Shown here one piece after another: positions 38,925 to 52,900 of a DNA stretch of 64,000 nucleotides. The notes under the pieces are model-generated. The model saw only the letters and a program-made list of their open reading frames with translations. It did not search any database and was not told where the DNA came from. The DNA is taken from the NCBI GenBank assembly GCA_964304625.1, contig OZ199838.1:7021835-7085834 (forward strand), written 5' to 3'. The DNA comes from Kudoa neothunni. Its lineage: Eukaryota > Animalia > Cnidaria. Position numbers and translations under genes: made by a program. Numbering within the stretch: the stretch's first letter is position 1; each line of letters starts with the position of its first letter.

Positions 38925-40574
38925 TTAATTAATTTTTTTACGATTCATTATTGATAATTGCTGTAAATTGGAAAGCATTTGATTTCTATCATAAAGCACG
39001 ATCTCATCGGTTTCTTTATCAAACTGCTGCGTTTGGGATTTATTTATATTGAAGCTGCTACTATTTCTGCCGTTATATGGATTTCTTCCATTTAATGAGA
39101 GCCTAAAATTTGTGTTAAAATATGCCAAAATTCAACCTCAATTAAAATACGTGGAGTTATTGTGATGTTTTATTTGGTTTTTGGGGTTGAATAGAGAAAA
39201 TTTGTTTGAATTTGGATCATCCGAAATAAAATTTAGTATTTTTTGAGTGGCTGAACCATATATGGTGTCTGCTCGCTTTTTTGCCGTGTAATGTTGGTGC
39301 AGAACTATCAAGCTCGCCATTGTAATACTCAAAACAAGCAGTGTAACTCCTAATGCTGTCCATACGTTAAATTCACAATATTTATTCTCTTTTTTTAGGG
39401 GGTTATTAAAAAAGTAAGGCCAGTAACATTGACATCTCATTTCGGTGTTATCTCCCAACACACACTGGCCTCTATTTCTACATAATTTTTCGCAGCTTTG
39501 TTTACTACTATCAAAGTTGATGGAATTTAACCCTTTCTGCAAGTCATCTTAATGTAAATAGTAACAAAAATTAGTTATTATTGTAAAATAAACTTGAATT
39601 GTTTGCCGGAATAAATCTAACCAATGGTTTCGGTTGGTGCACTAAAAGTAGTCTCCTTTTTTTGTGTACTTCTTATTAATTCATTAACACGCGATATATT
39701 TACCTAAAGAATATACCTTTGTAGGTGATATTATCTGGCTGTACCAACTTAAAACAGCTGTTATTCGACACATTTGACCGAGTTAGGTAGTTTGTATGGA
39801 GCAGTACTTTATCAGAATAGTTATGACACCATTTGTGTATTGTGTTCTTAGCAACTGGGCACGGTTTTACTGATTTTTCTCCATTGGCATTCGCATCGCA
39901 TACCATTCGATCTACATGTTGTTCATTCGATGAAATAAACGCAAGCCATACTTTTATAACAAAAATAATTTTTAATAAATATGCTGCATTGTTGATAAGT
40001 TTTAGGGATTGTGTGGAGGAGCTGGTGCATTTTATTAAGGGTGTCGGTGTGAATAGCCATTTCCAAACGAATTTTGTTGAAACCTAAGAAGTTAGTTATT
40101 TGATTGTCTATTTGGGAGCATTCATGCAGTCCCTTTGTCATTTCACATCTAGGAATATTTGTTAAATCGCTGAAGCTGTTATATAATTAACTTGTTCTTA
40201 TTATTCCATTTGATGTATACTTTGTATGTTTCGTCTCTATTTTTAAGGGTCACATTCTGATGAACCTTCCGCGGGTGAGCATTCTCAGTCAGTTTGTAAC
40301 ATACTTTCCCAAGTGATACAAACAGTTTGCAATGGTTATCTTTGCAGCAATACTTTTTACAATTTTCCAAGATATGACCGTTGGTAGTGTTGCCAACAGA
40401 GACCATGTACTCAAGTTTATAATCATCCATCAGCCTGGATGCCTTAATTTCTATTTTTTGGTATGTTTGGTTGTTGCATTCGTCATGAGATATTCTGAAT
40501 GTAAAACCCATTTGAATCACGCCAAAGGTAACCCATATATAGTAGTAGTAGTAGTATATGGGAATAGACAACAT
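38925..40574 (-). CDS. Single-pass type I membrane protein with Cys-rich modules and a juxtamembrane EGF domain
   Basis: Hydrophobic N-terminus MLSIPIYYYYYYIWVTFGVIQMG; CKKYCCKDNHC..CY module; second Cys-rich module (QQCSIFIKNYFC..C..KPC..WC); EGF CEKLCRNRGQCV..CQC..C; TM WTALGVTLLVLSITMASLIVL; five micro-introns restore the frame. Confidence 0.75.
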
Positions 40575-41072
40575 AGCTCACTTTTGCAATTCCTGCTAGT
40601 CTCACTTGTTCACTCACCAAGTGTCAGAAGTAATTCAGTAATGTTGGTGCCTTGAAGCATCCGTAATTCACTCGAGATTGCTATGGAAACATGGTGCTAT
40701 AAATATTTCTATTCTCGCCTTCACACGTCCAGGGTTGTATGATAAACAAGAGTTGTGAGTGATTCAATTTTGTATTACATGAGTAAACATCAGGTATTTA
40801 CTGTTAAGATTACTTTGAAAACAACCATTTGGTTCAAACTAGGATGGTTAGTTGTAAAAACTACTGAATATTTAATTTGGGATGAATAGACTAAAATGCG
40901 TTCGGCCAACAGTTCCACGAACTTTTTATTAATGGCAAAATATTGATAAACAGGTTTACAATAGATGTATATTTTTTTAAATAAATTGAGTTAAAAAAGT
41001 TTAGACTTCAATCCTACGGCGAAAACTTCGTAGATAATAACGTATGTGCAAACAACCAAAGTATTTTGTTAA

Positions 41073-41820
41073 CCCATTGAACCCCAATGTTGCCAAATGG
41101 CAACATTTTAATTTTGTGAGTGTTTTAACCATTTAATTACATTTTTTAAATATATCTTTATTATAATAATATAGTTAATGTTAATTTGATTTTATATAAA
41201 TTAATTATAAAAATTTGTATGCTTTATAAGAGCAATACAATTGAATGTCTAACTCTATGGCAAGTATAAAAAAGGTTAAAAGTGTCCTGCAATTGAAATT
41301 GGAATTTTGAGGTTTCAATAAAATTAAAACATATGCACATATAGTCTTAAATAATTTTATTCTAAAAATGAATCTGATAAGAAAATATGTTTTGATATGT
41401 ATATTACAGGGACAGATTAATCCATGTTGCCATTTGGCAACATTGGGCCAGCTGGTATAGCAAGCGTTGTCGCACGGCAACGTTCGGCCCTCGATTTAAA
41501 TGTGTTTATATTCTTTAGAATGGATTCTGACTAGACCGGAGAAAGGAATAAACAGAGAAGACTCTTAAAAAATCATATTATTACCAGGTGGACACAAATC
41601 AGACGTTGGACTGGAATCGGATTCCATTTTGTATAGTTAATATGATGATATTGTATCCGAATACAGTTCTAGTGATGAGAAGGAAGATGACTACCGTTTA
41701 AATTAAACAATGAACACGAAAAATTTAATAAACACCTGATATTTTTGAACAAGCTGAAGATATTATATTTGAACGTTTCACTTATTTCAACCGATTCTTC
41801 AATGATAGATTATTTAAACA
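41073..41820 (+). mobile_element. piggyBac left-end remnant
   Basis: TTAA-CCCATTG end, two ATGTTGCCA-n-TGGCAACAT palindromes (about 41088 and 41424) and an acidic N-terminal remnant. Confidence 0.5.
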
Positions 41821-41822
41821 TA

Positions 41823-43682
41823 CAGCCGTGTCTCGATACTGCGAAATATTTTGGGACCGGAGAAAAATTATGCCAAATCGAGTCATCTGCGCACGTACAG
41901 TAATTTATAATTTAATATTTATTACAAAATAAATTACCAATTTTATGGGTTTTTGTTCTATTACTAATAATTTCATGTACAGAGTCCATAAATGGACGCA
42001 GAGAAAACAAGGTTTTAGGACTATCGATGATAAACGCTTTTCTTGATGTATTAATTGCACTTTTTAATTGAGTTGTTGTGACGAATTCATCTTTATGTTC
42101 AAAATCAGGATCTTCACTACACACGGTGACTTTACACTGCTCATCCTCATCTGGATGTAAGATTTCATTTTCTTCCGACAGAATGATTTCATCAACGTTG
42201 TTATCTATAAATATAATTTTTAAAATTCTTCTATGTTACCATCTAATGTTATTTCATCCTCGCATTCCATTAAAATTTTCTTATCTTAATTTTCCAATAG
42301 AAATAATCGATAATATACTTTTGAAAATAGGCGACTTATTAAAACAATTACCAATAGTTGATACCGTAACCATTTCCCAAGCCAATTTTAGAGTATTTAA
42401 ACAATCGAGCACAGTTTATTTAAATCTATCTTGGTCATCCTCTTCAAATATAACATCTTGGCATAATAGTTTTCTATAATTTGATTTTAAACTATGAATT
42501 ATTCCCAGATCCACTGGTTGCACCACACTGGTAGTGTTTTTCGGCAGAAATAGAAGCTCGATGTTTTCCAAATTATCGATCGATTTTGGATGAGATAGGC
42601 ACCGATCCAATAAAATTAAAATCTTTCTGTTTTTTTAATGAAACCATGGTTCATCTCTTTGAGGATCTGAAAATATATGCCTGAGGACATCCAGCCATTC
42701 GCTTGAGAATGATATTCAACTGGAAACTCTTTAATTCCCTTAAAACGGCGAGGTTTCTTAAATTTTCCTATTACATGTAATGGAAATTTTTCTCTTGTCA
42801 TTGAGGCAGCGACCAAAACCGTAACACGCTTTTTGGATTGTTTTACACCTTTTACATTTTGTTCATTTTTAGTAATGTATGTACGTTGTATCAACTGTTC
42901 GTAATAAAGACCAGTCTCATCCAAATTTAACATTTTTTTCCGGGCTGTATCTTGACGAAATCTCGGACGACTTGCCCATCTATTCATAAATGCATTTAAA
43001 GTCGGCACTTCCAGCTTCTCCGCGTAATTTAGAACTTTTCAGAATATAACGCATCCTGAAATTATTAAACCATCCCCTGCTTCCATTAAAATTGTTGATT
43101 CCAATATCTTTGACAATAATAGAATCTTTTTCGATAATTATTAACCCACATAATAGTTTATTTTTATCTCGCATTGAAACTATCCAGTTGTAAAGGTTAT
43201 ATTCAAGATCTTCATATTTTGGGGGTTTAGATCTTTTCCTAGATATTAAAATACTTGAATTTGTAATTTCACCTTGTTTTGACAAGATTATATCTTGAGT
43301 AGAATGACCTATTTTAAATTACCGAAAAATATTTAAGTTAGGCTCACTTGGTAAACCAAAATGTTTTACAGTCATAGATTTAGCACCAGCTATAGACTTA
43401 AGAGAATTAGAGTAATCAATTATTTTAATTTTATCTTCTATAGTTCTTTGATAGTTTATCATGTTTACGATACTGCAACCAATGGATTAAAGAGATTAAA
43501 ATGTGGAAAATGAGTTACACAAGGTTTTTCCTATTTTGTTGTATATCCGCCTGTTCAAAATAATAATTACTTTTCATAATAATCCAATTAAGCATATCAA
43601 ATATGATTTAATTGTTTAATTTTGTTAATCAAAATGTATAATGTTAATTTTTCTTAAATTACGCAGTATCGAGTCATGACCG
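41823..43682 (-). mobile_element. pogo/Tigger element with frameshifted transposase
   Basis: TIR core CTCGATACTGCG at both ends. ORF pieces: CENP-B HTH (FNGSRGWFNNFRMRY), NLDETGLYY, KRVTVLVAAS, FLPKNTTSVVQPVDLGIIHSLK. Confidence 0.88.
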
Positions 43683-45232
43683 CATTCGATTTATTGACTA
43701 TCAACCAGTGTTGTCAACCGCTCCCGATCTCAGAAAAATCAGCTCGAAATTGTCCTATTTTGTCTGATTTGTCCGATTTTTTCACGTTATTCTTCGTAAG
43801 ATTGAATAATCTCATAACAGTGCTTTAAAAGTAAGAAGTTATTGCAAATTCATAAAAAATGGAAATATAATCGTTGTTGATTTCATTATGAGAAATCTTC
43901 GAGTAGATAATTTGATACTTGGCGCAATGACTTATTTTAAATTAAAATATCTGAAGTAGAATTTCACCATAGGCAAGTGTAGTGAACTAATCATTATTAA
44001 TCCGCGCAAGCGGATGGGGTTTCAAAAAAAACAAGCTAAAATACGAAATTTTTTATCGACAGCAAGTTACAATTATACTTTTTAATAATTATTTCTTAAA
44101 ACTCATGGAATACGAAAATTTAGGCTAAAAAAAGCATTCCAACTATTTATGAAATAACCAAATTTAAAAATGTTATGCTTTAGCTTAGACTAACGTTATG
44201 AATTTTTTTCAACATTCTTAGCGATGCTACACAGTTTTTCATGACTAGGGACCATTTTTGAATTATCGAGAAGCGTTATGTGTTGAAATTCTGATTCTTG
44301 AATTCTAAAAAAGACTGATGTCGGTGATATCTATTTCTAAGCAATCATTACAAATGTTTGTTAATAAGTTTTCAAAAAATTTTAATTTTAGATAATACGT
44401 AAACAAATTAAAATTAGAATAAGGATAATATAACATGATAAATTGATCCTAATTCGAATGGATGAATTATCATACATAGAAATAAAAATTCATCTAGGTA
44501 TAGTTGCCATGTTTTATTCAGAAATCGAATGAAAGATTGTAATACAATTGTTTGAAATTAAAGGAATTGAACAGATTCAAAAACAATGTTTGATGAATTT
44601 AATTATCAATAATCGTATTTTTAGCGTTGTTTATCAATCAAATAATTTTCATTCCATTGGAAAATATTTTACATCATTAAGTTAACTAATTCTGATTAAT
44701 GATCCCATCCAAAGAGTATTTTCTTTTGTTGTAACTATCAAAACCAGATTTTTTAGCATGTTGTACTCTACATTACATGGTCCTATTCGAACGAGGAGAT
44801 TTTGCAACACATCGAACAAGTGGTGACATAACTTTGAATTTTCTGATTTAATCATAAATTTACCTAATATCCATACATGTAACTAAATATATATTAGTTT
44901 GGTTTTTACAAAAAATTCCAATTTTTCCGACGAAAATTACCCAGGACATTCAATCAGGGTTGCCAACTCTGCTACCGACTTCCACACAATGCCGTCCGAC
45001 GCTAATAATAATAGCGAATATAGTCAATCATTAAATAAAATGAAAAAAATTTGTACCATCAGAATACATTTAAAAATTTTTATCGATATGAAATTTATGA
45101 ACGCAGAGAGAAAAACAAAAATATAATTCTACTAATTTCACACTAAAAATTGTTATTATTATATTTTTAGCTGAATAAACCAGTGAAGGTTTTGCTGACA
45201 ACAAATAATTTCCAATAATCAAGCGTAATTTT

Positions 45233-48200
45233 TTATTGTTGTAGGACGTTATTTCGACGGCATGTTAGATGATTGCCATTCGAGGTAATGCCAGAACTAA
45301 CATCATCACTGCCATTTTTCATGATTTCTAACAGGAGGTCAATATGTTTAAATTGCCATTCCCAATCGGGATTGTAAAGGAAAGGTCGGAAATCTCCCCT
45401 AATAACAAAAATAATAAAATTAGAAATTCGATTGATGACAACAACGAACCTATTGTCGTCTGGGGTGGCTGCATCCAAGTGTACCGAAGGTGGAAGAATG
45501 GTTGTTTTGTGTCGATTCGTGCCGTATCGTCCGAAAAAGCGTTTGATAACTCGTGCGATATCATCAGGCTTGAGGTTGTCTTCATTTTGTTCTCTGAACC
45601 AATAATGACAAGCTCTTCTGAACATGGACACGGGACCACAAAGCTCAACTTTCCTCAAATACCTCAAATATTTAAGTTGTTTGTAGGTGATTCCCAAATC
45701 GGCCTAACATTCACAGAATCAAATATAATCATTATATCCATTATAGCAGCGCCGGGAAAAGTGCAGAACCATAAACACTTCGGTCAATTTTAATTTTTAA
45801 TGTGTACCGATTTATTAAGTGGTAACTTTGTACCCAGCGCCATCAAACATTCATCGTAATGCTGCATTTTTTCATTTAAAAAAAATATAGGGTGATACTA
45901 AACTAGAACAAAAATTATCTATATGTTGCGATATATTAAAGATTATCGATAGTTTTTATTAAATAAAAAATTTGGCAACTCGTAATGTATTTATTGGTGT
46001 GTTCCCTCAACATGAAAGTGTGCATAAGATTGAACTGCATTAGATAGATAGCATTGCATTAGTTAGAACGCGAAAAACAAAAATAAATGTGTACAGTGTC
46101 GATTACCTCATCCGATTGACCAACATTACTAATGTCGCAAATGGGAGTGAGTTCAGCCGATGGCGTCGCCTTCAATACTTCACGAATGGATTTCAAATTG
46201 CGTTTTTCACACATGAACTCAAGAATTTTATGTATATCATGTTTGCTCAAGTCCCCAACAATATTTACATCAGTTGACGAGCAGTCGTATTTGGTGAAAT
46301 AACCGGTAACTCTAAAGATTATAATTTTAACGACTAGACACGCAGCACTTAACGATTGCATACGTTTCATCTGCATTAGCAGAACCAACTACTAGAAGGG
46401 GGCCGCCGGACTTGTGAGACGCAGTTTGTGTGAACAGTTGGGCAGTAGCGTAGGCGACAATGGATCTAACGCGAGCCTGGACATTCTGTAATGATATATC
46501 TTCATTAGAACTACCTCCATGAGCAGCAAATTTTGGTTTAGGGATATTTAATGAGTCGGCTACTGTTGCAATAACATTGTCACAGATGGATTGAACGTTC
46601 GATTCGTAAAAAACGCAGCCAATTTCGTTGGTAAAATCCTTAGCCCGCTGTTTGCTAGCAGCAGTTGACTGATTAGTGGTCATGTAGCATGTAACAAGTA
46701 GTCGGCCACAAATATCTTTCACCGATTTAGGAACAAATGTGTTATCCTTCAATACGGATCTTAACTGATTGAGCAATAAACATGAATGGTGACTCTTAGG
46801 TTGGGTATTCAATTCGTTGTAAAGTTTCTCACAAAGAATATATATGAGGCCAGCAACCGCGAGTACTATCAGCACCTACGAATCATTCAACTAAAAATTG
46901 CGAAAAACAAAGCATACCTCCACTTAACGACAAATAACAACCGCCCAGACCACTTCTAAACAAATAATCCCACAACCAACACACAGGTGCATTGATGAGT
47001 TCTTCTGTATCGTCACAAAGTTTGTAAGCAATAGTCTGATCATCAAAGCTTTTCTTGTAGATAGTACCAGGTGTGAAACAATCTTGTAAACAGATATTTC
47101 TATCGATTCTAATTTTTGGAATAACTCGAGCCTCTGAAGCAACCGAAGCCCATGACATGATCGAACTACGTTTACCTTTGACCTTTATTATTATTCCCAA
47201 ATAAATCACTTCTCTTCGTTACACACACACAAATTAGTTTACCTCGTCAAGATCGATGTAAGCGGAACGCACATTATAACCTTCGGGACAGAAGTTGAAA
47301 CGGGGAATAAATTCCAACAATTTTCCACAAGAAGAAATAAAACTGCCACCATCAAAGTACAATCTACCTCCATCACATCCAATAAGGTTGGAATAGAGAT
47401 AGGCACAACCACAACGTTTTGTAGCAGCTAACACCAAATCGAACCTTGCGCCTAGCTTACCACGTTGAAAGTGACTACCACTACCGTTGGTAATAATTTC
47501 GGCACCATTCAACACCTGAATCTGGTGTAGATTGTTGGGTACAAACAACTCTTCACATATCTCGAAACCAATACACGTATCGAGGAATTGCACCAAACAC
47601 ACCCCAATTGGTATTAACTCTTGGCCGGAAGCTTTCTTGATAACGGGTGGCACAATCCAATCTTCGATTTCCTTCTTGCGCCACGGAGTAAACCATCTTC
47701 CTTCATGATAGTTGCTATCATTGGCTAGAATAGTTTTGGGACGTATGCAAATGATTTTTCCATCAAGTATGATTGCTCTCGCGTTGTATCGTACACCTCG
47801 ATGGTGTATCAAACACCCAAGATCAATCACAATACCATATAAATCAACATCTCCAAGTAGACGCGCTATCAATTCGTAGTTGTGATGTAGAGTATCCAAC
47901 TCAAGAAAATGATCCTCACACGTATATCCTACAATTCCAAAAATTTAATAAATGGATTTAGGATAGGAATTTCGAATTGGTCAACCTAATCTCTTGTTAT
48001 CATTTATTGTAATATCAATACATTATAAGCATATTTTAAAAGGGCGTCTAAATTTAAATAACTATTATATAAACAATAAAATTAAAGTCTTAAAATTAGA
48101 AAGACGACCAAAACCTTTGAAGAATTCGGTGATTAATTGCAATTAATAGTTATCTTAAACAACTAAACGCATCATGAAGCAAATCTGTCATGCCTGTATG

Positions 48201-48611
48201 TAAAGTGAAACTTTTCCTGATGTTTCGTTAAATTTAGGTTGTATTAGCTACGAATTTATTCAGTATAATAGTTAGGATTGAATGATAAACTTGTAAGATA
48301 TGAAAAAGGTCGAGTAAACATTTAAGCAATATCATTTAACAAATCCACAGCTGATAACCAGTTCGATTAGGAAATAAGTATGAAAAATTACCACAGGTCT
48401 CTAACTCTGGTCCAAGACGGTATGAAGATCGTTGTCTTATACACTCAAGAATACTCCCACGAATTCGATTATAATTTCCATTGAAATCGAGCGCCCACTG
48501 ATTCAAATCGCATACAGATACAATCAAATGTCTGGAGTACATATTTTCAATGGTTTCTGTACTTTCCTCCTTGTCTTCACTTCGAACAAACTTCGATTGC
48601 ACAACGCTCAT
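45233..48611 (-). CDS. NADSYN1: Glutamine-dependent NAD+ synthetase (one apparent +1 frameshift at about 46861)
   Basis: LNQWALDF, YRLGPELETCG, IRPK, EICEEL (E-K-C glutaminase triad); LSLSGGADS, LQNVQAR, SANADE, GYFTKYDCSS, PSAEL, NRHKTT, DNR.D.RPFLY. Seven exons with GT-AG introns. Confidence 0.92.
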
Positions 48612-49954
48612 CTTCAATTTGCTCAAGACAACAGATTACACTCGAGGATCATCAACTAATCAGTTGCTACACGATACATAATGAGATTAATGGAGGTAGC
48701 ATTTTGAACTGAATCAAGCTAGAGTACTCTCTAGAAGAGCTGTGAATTAAATTTTTATAAATGCTGAAGACAAACAATAATTCGTATTGTAACATTTTTA
48801 GGTGTTGTTTAATGGCTGTTTTGGTAATTATTGGGTGTTGCTTTTCACACCATCTGCTCGCGTTAATCCAACCATGTAACGTTTTATTAAGAGGTATCTA
48901 AATCATGTGGTTTTTTACTAGCATCAATTCACACTACAATTTATTACATTATTAATGTTTAAAATTGTTATTTTTCCATTTGTAGATAACTGAGCAAACT
49001 CACTACACCCCTTTAACCCATTTTAAAGACATTTTTTGTCACGCGGAGAAGTTGTAATTATCGGCATGTAAGTTTATGTGGTAAATCGCATTTATTGACT
49101 TTTCACTATGCTTAATACTAGCGGACAAGTAAAATTTAAAAACTTTTAAAAATAGCGCCCAATACTGTCATTATTTAAGACATTAATTGAACTATTATTT
49201 TGAATATATAATCGGATTATTAGTTGCCGAAGAATTATAATTCTTCATTTATATTATTTACCTTTTCACTTGTATACAACCCTAGCGGCTCGTTCTATAA
49301 TCATATTATAAAGTTATAAGAACGCGAGCGTAACTTAGTGTTGATGTCAAATGATTGGTCGATTAAATAAATGATTAATAAATAATTTTATTTATCATAA
49401 GATTCTATGTTGAATACGGTAAATCGAAAATTAAATCATAAGAAGCATTTATAAATTGGGTATTTTACTCGTCATGCTAAAGTTTCGTCACGCTCGTCAA
49501 AAACGTAAGAGATAACACCTGTTACATATATCATGCACACAAGCTAAAAAGTGAATAATTTCTGCTTATTTACTGAGATTATTTATTATTTAATCAGTTA
49601 AATTAAGTAGCTGAAGATTTGGCACTCCTAGTGAATTGTGGTCCCTGCGTAATCCATTACGAATCATTTTAATCCAATATATGCGCTAAAAAAGAACAAT
49701 GGAAGTTGGACTCTATAAAGGATACTCCAATGAGATATGGTGTAATATATTGGTCATGGCTTCAACTCCAGTACGACCATATATTTCTCGCCACATAAAT
49801 TCATCCAAGTGACTAGCTAAAGTTGAAGTTTGAACCCCACACATCCTTTTGAATCTCCGTTTACAATTTTTCCAATAACATTCTACATGATTTGTATGTA
49901 CTCCAGTTATCGGATCTTTGAAATGTTTTGAATGGTTCACTGTGGAATGTCTTT

Positions 49955-52900
49955 CAAATTACCGGGTTTTTACCCCAAATCCGGACTAATCAATTTAAAC
50001 TGTTTTGAGTAAATTTTTATTGCGGTAAAGTTAACATAAATTAATAGTTTTAAAGATATATGCATTTGGGATCTAATCCAACTTGATTGCTAAACATTAA
50101 AACTAGTATTTTTGCAATCAAGACAACTAATAATTGACGAAAATATCATAATTGAATAATTAATTTTTTAATCTCTACCGATATCTTGGTGTGTTTGGCA
50201 TTTACCATTAAACGACTCGCAATGTTGAAAGTATCCTTTTAAGTCACTTTCTGTTACTCGGTTTAACCCATTCAGGTTCCATATCATAGAAATTGACTAT
50301 TTCCCAACATAAAAATTATATTGTTATAATAAAAGCATAATTAAAATATTTTTTCGAAAAAATTATTATATGGGTGAAAAACCAAGTTTTAAGGTTGTGT
50401 CGTAAACAACACGCAAAACTCACCAGCTGTCGCATGCGCAAAAATAAATTATTATATTTTAATTATAACACTTTATATATTATTTATGGAAGGTCGAAAA
50501 ACATTTTGAATGTAATCGAGTAGAACATCCACTACAATAATATATAGTCGAGTTATGACACACCGCACACCTTAATCTTTTACGTGTTGTGTCATCTGTA
50601 ATAATGGAATTTTGGCATATATTTTTCATTATTTTATTTTCCAAAGACGATTTTCTAACACCCGGTGTAGATTCACGTACCGTAATTAGACATGATGTTA
50701 TTTCTCGTGTGTGTTGTAATAATTCTATGGAGCTTTCGCCATACGTGGTAATAATTCTCCACGAGTTGACGACGCACATAGATATTAAATTAGTAAATAA
50801 TGCCCAATACCATTTTTACCCCTAATAGAAATTCGATAGTTAGCAATGTTATTGTCTGCTAGATCTACACCATCCATGCATTTGTTATAGGCATAAATCA
50901 TATGTAGCTGGAATGTAGAAATTTGTTTTTTTTTTAATTTCGAAAATCTCTCAATTGTCATTAGTGGTTGGCACAAAAGATAATTGCTAATAACGGTGAC
51001 TGGCTTAGTGTCATTCCACTGAACACAAACAATTCCGTTTCCATCAGTAAATTCTTCATATTCGCCTCTTTATTTTTAGAAATGTTTGATGGTGTAAGTG
51101 GACATTTTTCAGTTCTATTAGTACGAATTGTACCAGTCGCCTTTATGTTTTTGTCTATCAGCGCTTTTAGTAGTTTGAAGGAAGAAAAAAATTGTCGAAA
51201 TACAATTAAATTCCTGAAGAATCACTAATTTCATCAACGAAGTTCATGACAACATTGGCGCCAAGTCCCAGCGAATTATCCACGACTTCACCTTTTCCAG
51301 TGTATACCTTAAAACTATAAATGTATCCACTCGAACTTGCCATCACCCAAACTTTGAAGCCAAATCGAACTGGTTTATTTGTTATAAACATTTTTGAGGA
51401 ATGTAAACCAAAATATGGAACCATTTGCTCATCTATAGAAATAACCTCATCAAAAATCCCAAATTTTTTGAAATTTGCGTTTAATATTTCAATAAGAGGT
51501 CTTGATTTAGCCATTTTGTCGTTTCTATCTAAGGCATCATTATTTGCAAAATGGATGTATTTTTTTATCTCTTTGAAACGTTTTAGAGACATTGCTCTTT
51601 TCACGAGTTCGACACCAGAATCAATCGAAGTTTCCCAATACATTTTTTGTCTCGGTAACTTTTGATATCCTGACAGGATAAGTATGCCAATAAAAGTTTT
51701 AATTTCCACCATGGTTATATTGAAATTATGGTTGTTGTTCTGTCGCGCGTAGAGATTCGTTTGACGCACAATATGTGTTATTATATTATCATCTAAGAAA
51801 CACCAAAAAGTCTCGTATGAACCTACAACAGATAAAAATTAAGTAGATATATAGTTTAAGATGGAACCTTTATAGAGATCATTTATTACGAGAGCCTTGC
51901 AATTGTTATGACTAGAAAACGTTCCTTTTGAGATATTCTTCTCCCATGTAATTTTTGTTGATGTTGATTCCTTCATATTTTATAAGGAATCTGGTCTAAA
52001 GACCTCGACTTGGCCTGCACTGTCCACCTCATTTAAAACCTCGCAGTTGTCATAGTTGAAGTCATGGATGTTATCTTCTACATCAGTGACTTCGTCAACA
52101 TTTTCTGGTGGTAAAATGACAATATCGATACATTAATCAGGGCCAAATACGTCAATTTGATCGATAGCATCGCTTAGTCTAATAAATCTCTCGATACTCA
52201 TGGAAGAGGATTAGGGGTCCTCGTGGGTTTTGCGTGTCGTAAACGACACGCTACTAATTAATAATTTTCTCGGAGTTTAAACGTTTAAAACTTTTCTTAA
52301 TAATTTCACATATTTCTATTATCAACAGTAATTTTAAAATAGAATTAAATTAAAGTTTGCCGAATTTATGTATACTTATTGCTGGTGTAACTGACTGGTA
52401 GTGGGAATTTCCTTAACACCACCTTATTTCAAAAATTTAAGCATAAGTAAAAATTTAATTTTTTGGAATTGATAGTAATAAAATAATGATAATCAATATA
52501 AAAAAATAATTATTATATAAGTAAAACATCAGCCATTCTTTGGATCAAATCCAGGATTCCATTAATGGGGCCATCTTTTCAAACCAAGGATTTTATTTTG
52601 GAAAAAACATCCTCGCAAGGATTCAATAATGGCGAGTAACGCGGTAAATAACGAATTTCATAGTCGTGGTTGTTGTAAAACTCTTGATTACTATGATGGA
52701 ACCTCACATTGACCATGACAATAGTAAAATCTTCGTTTCTTAAAATATCAGCAACCTTTAAAAATGCTTGAAAAATGTCAGCATTGACACTTCCCTGGAT
52801 AGCCTCCGACAAAACCACGTTTACAGCGTTTACTGCCAAAATCATTGCGACATTTCGTCCTCGACTATTAGATATAATAGGGTTTGGAGTAGTCCCAACA

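Noticed and set aside
43707-44970. Possible THAP-containing or hAT-like element (CAGTGTTGTCAAC, CAGGGTTGCCAAC, SIPTI remnant)
   Set aside because: The end-like motifs are not inverted relative to each other, there is no TSD, and the coding signal is too decayed.
48667-48702. Short uORF (MLPPLISLCIV) upstream of NADSYN1
   Set aside because: Transcription start unknown and such ORFs arise by chance.
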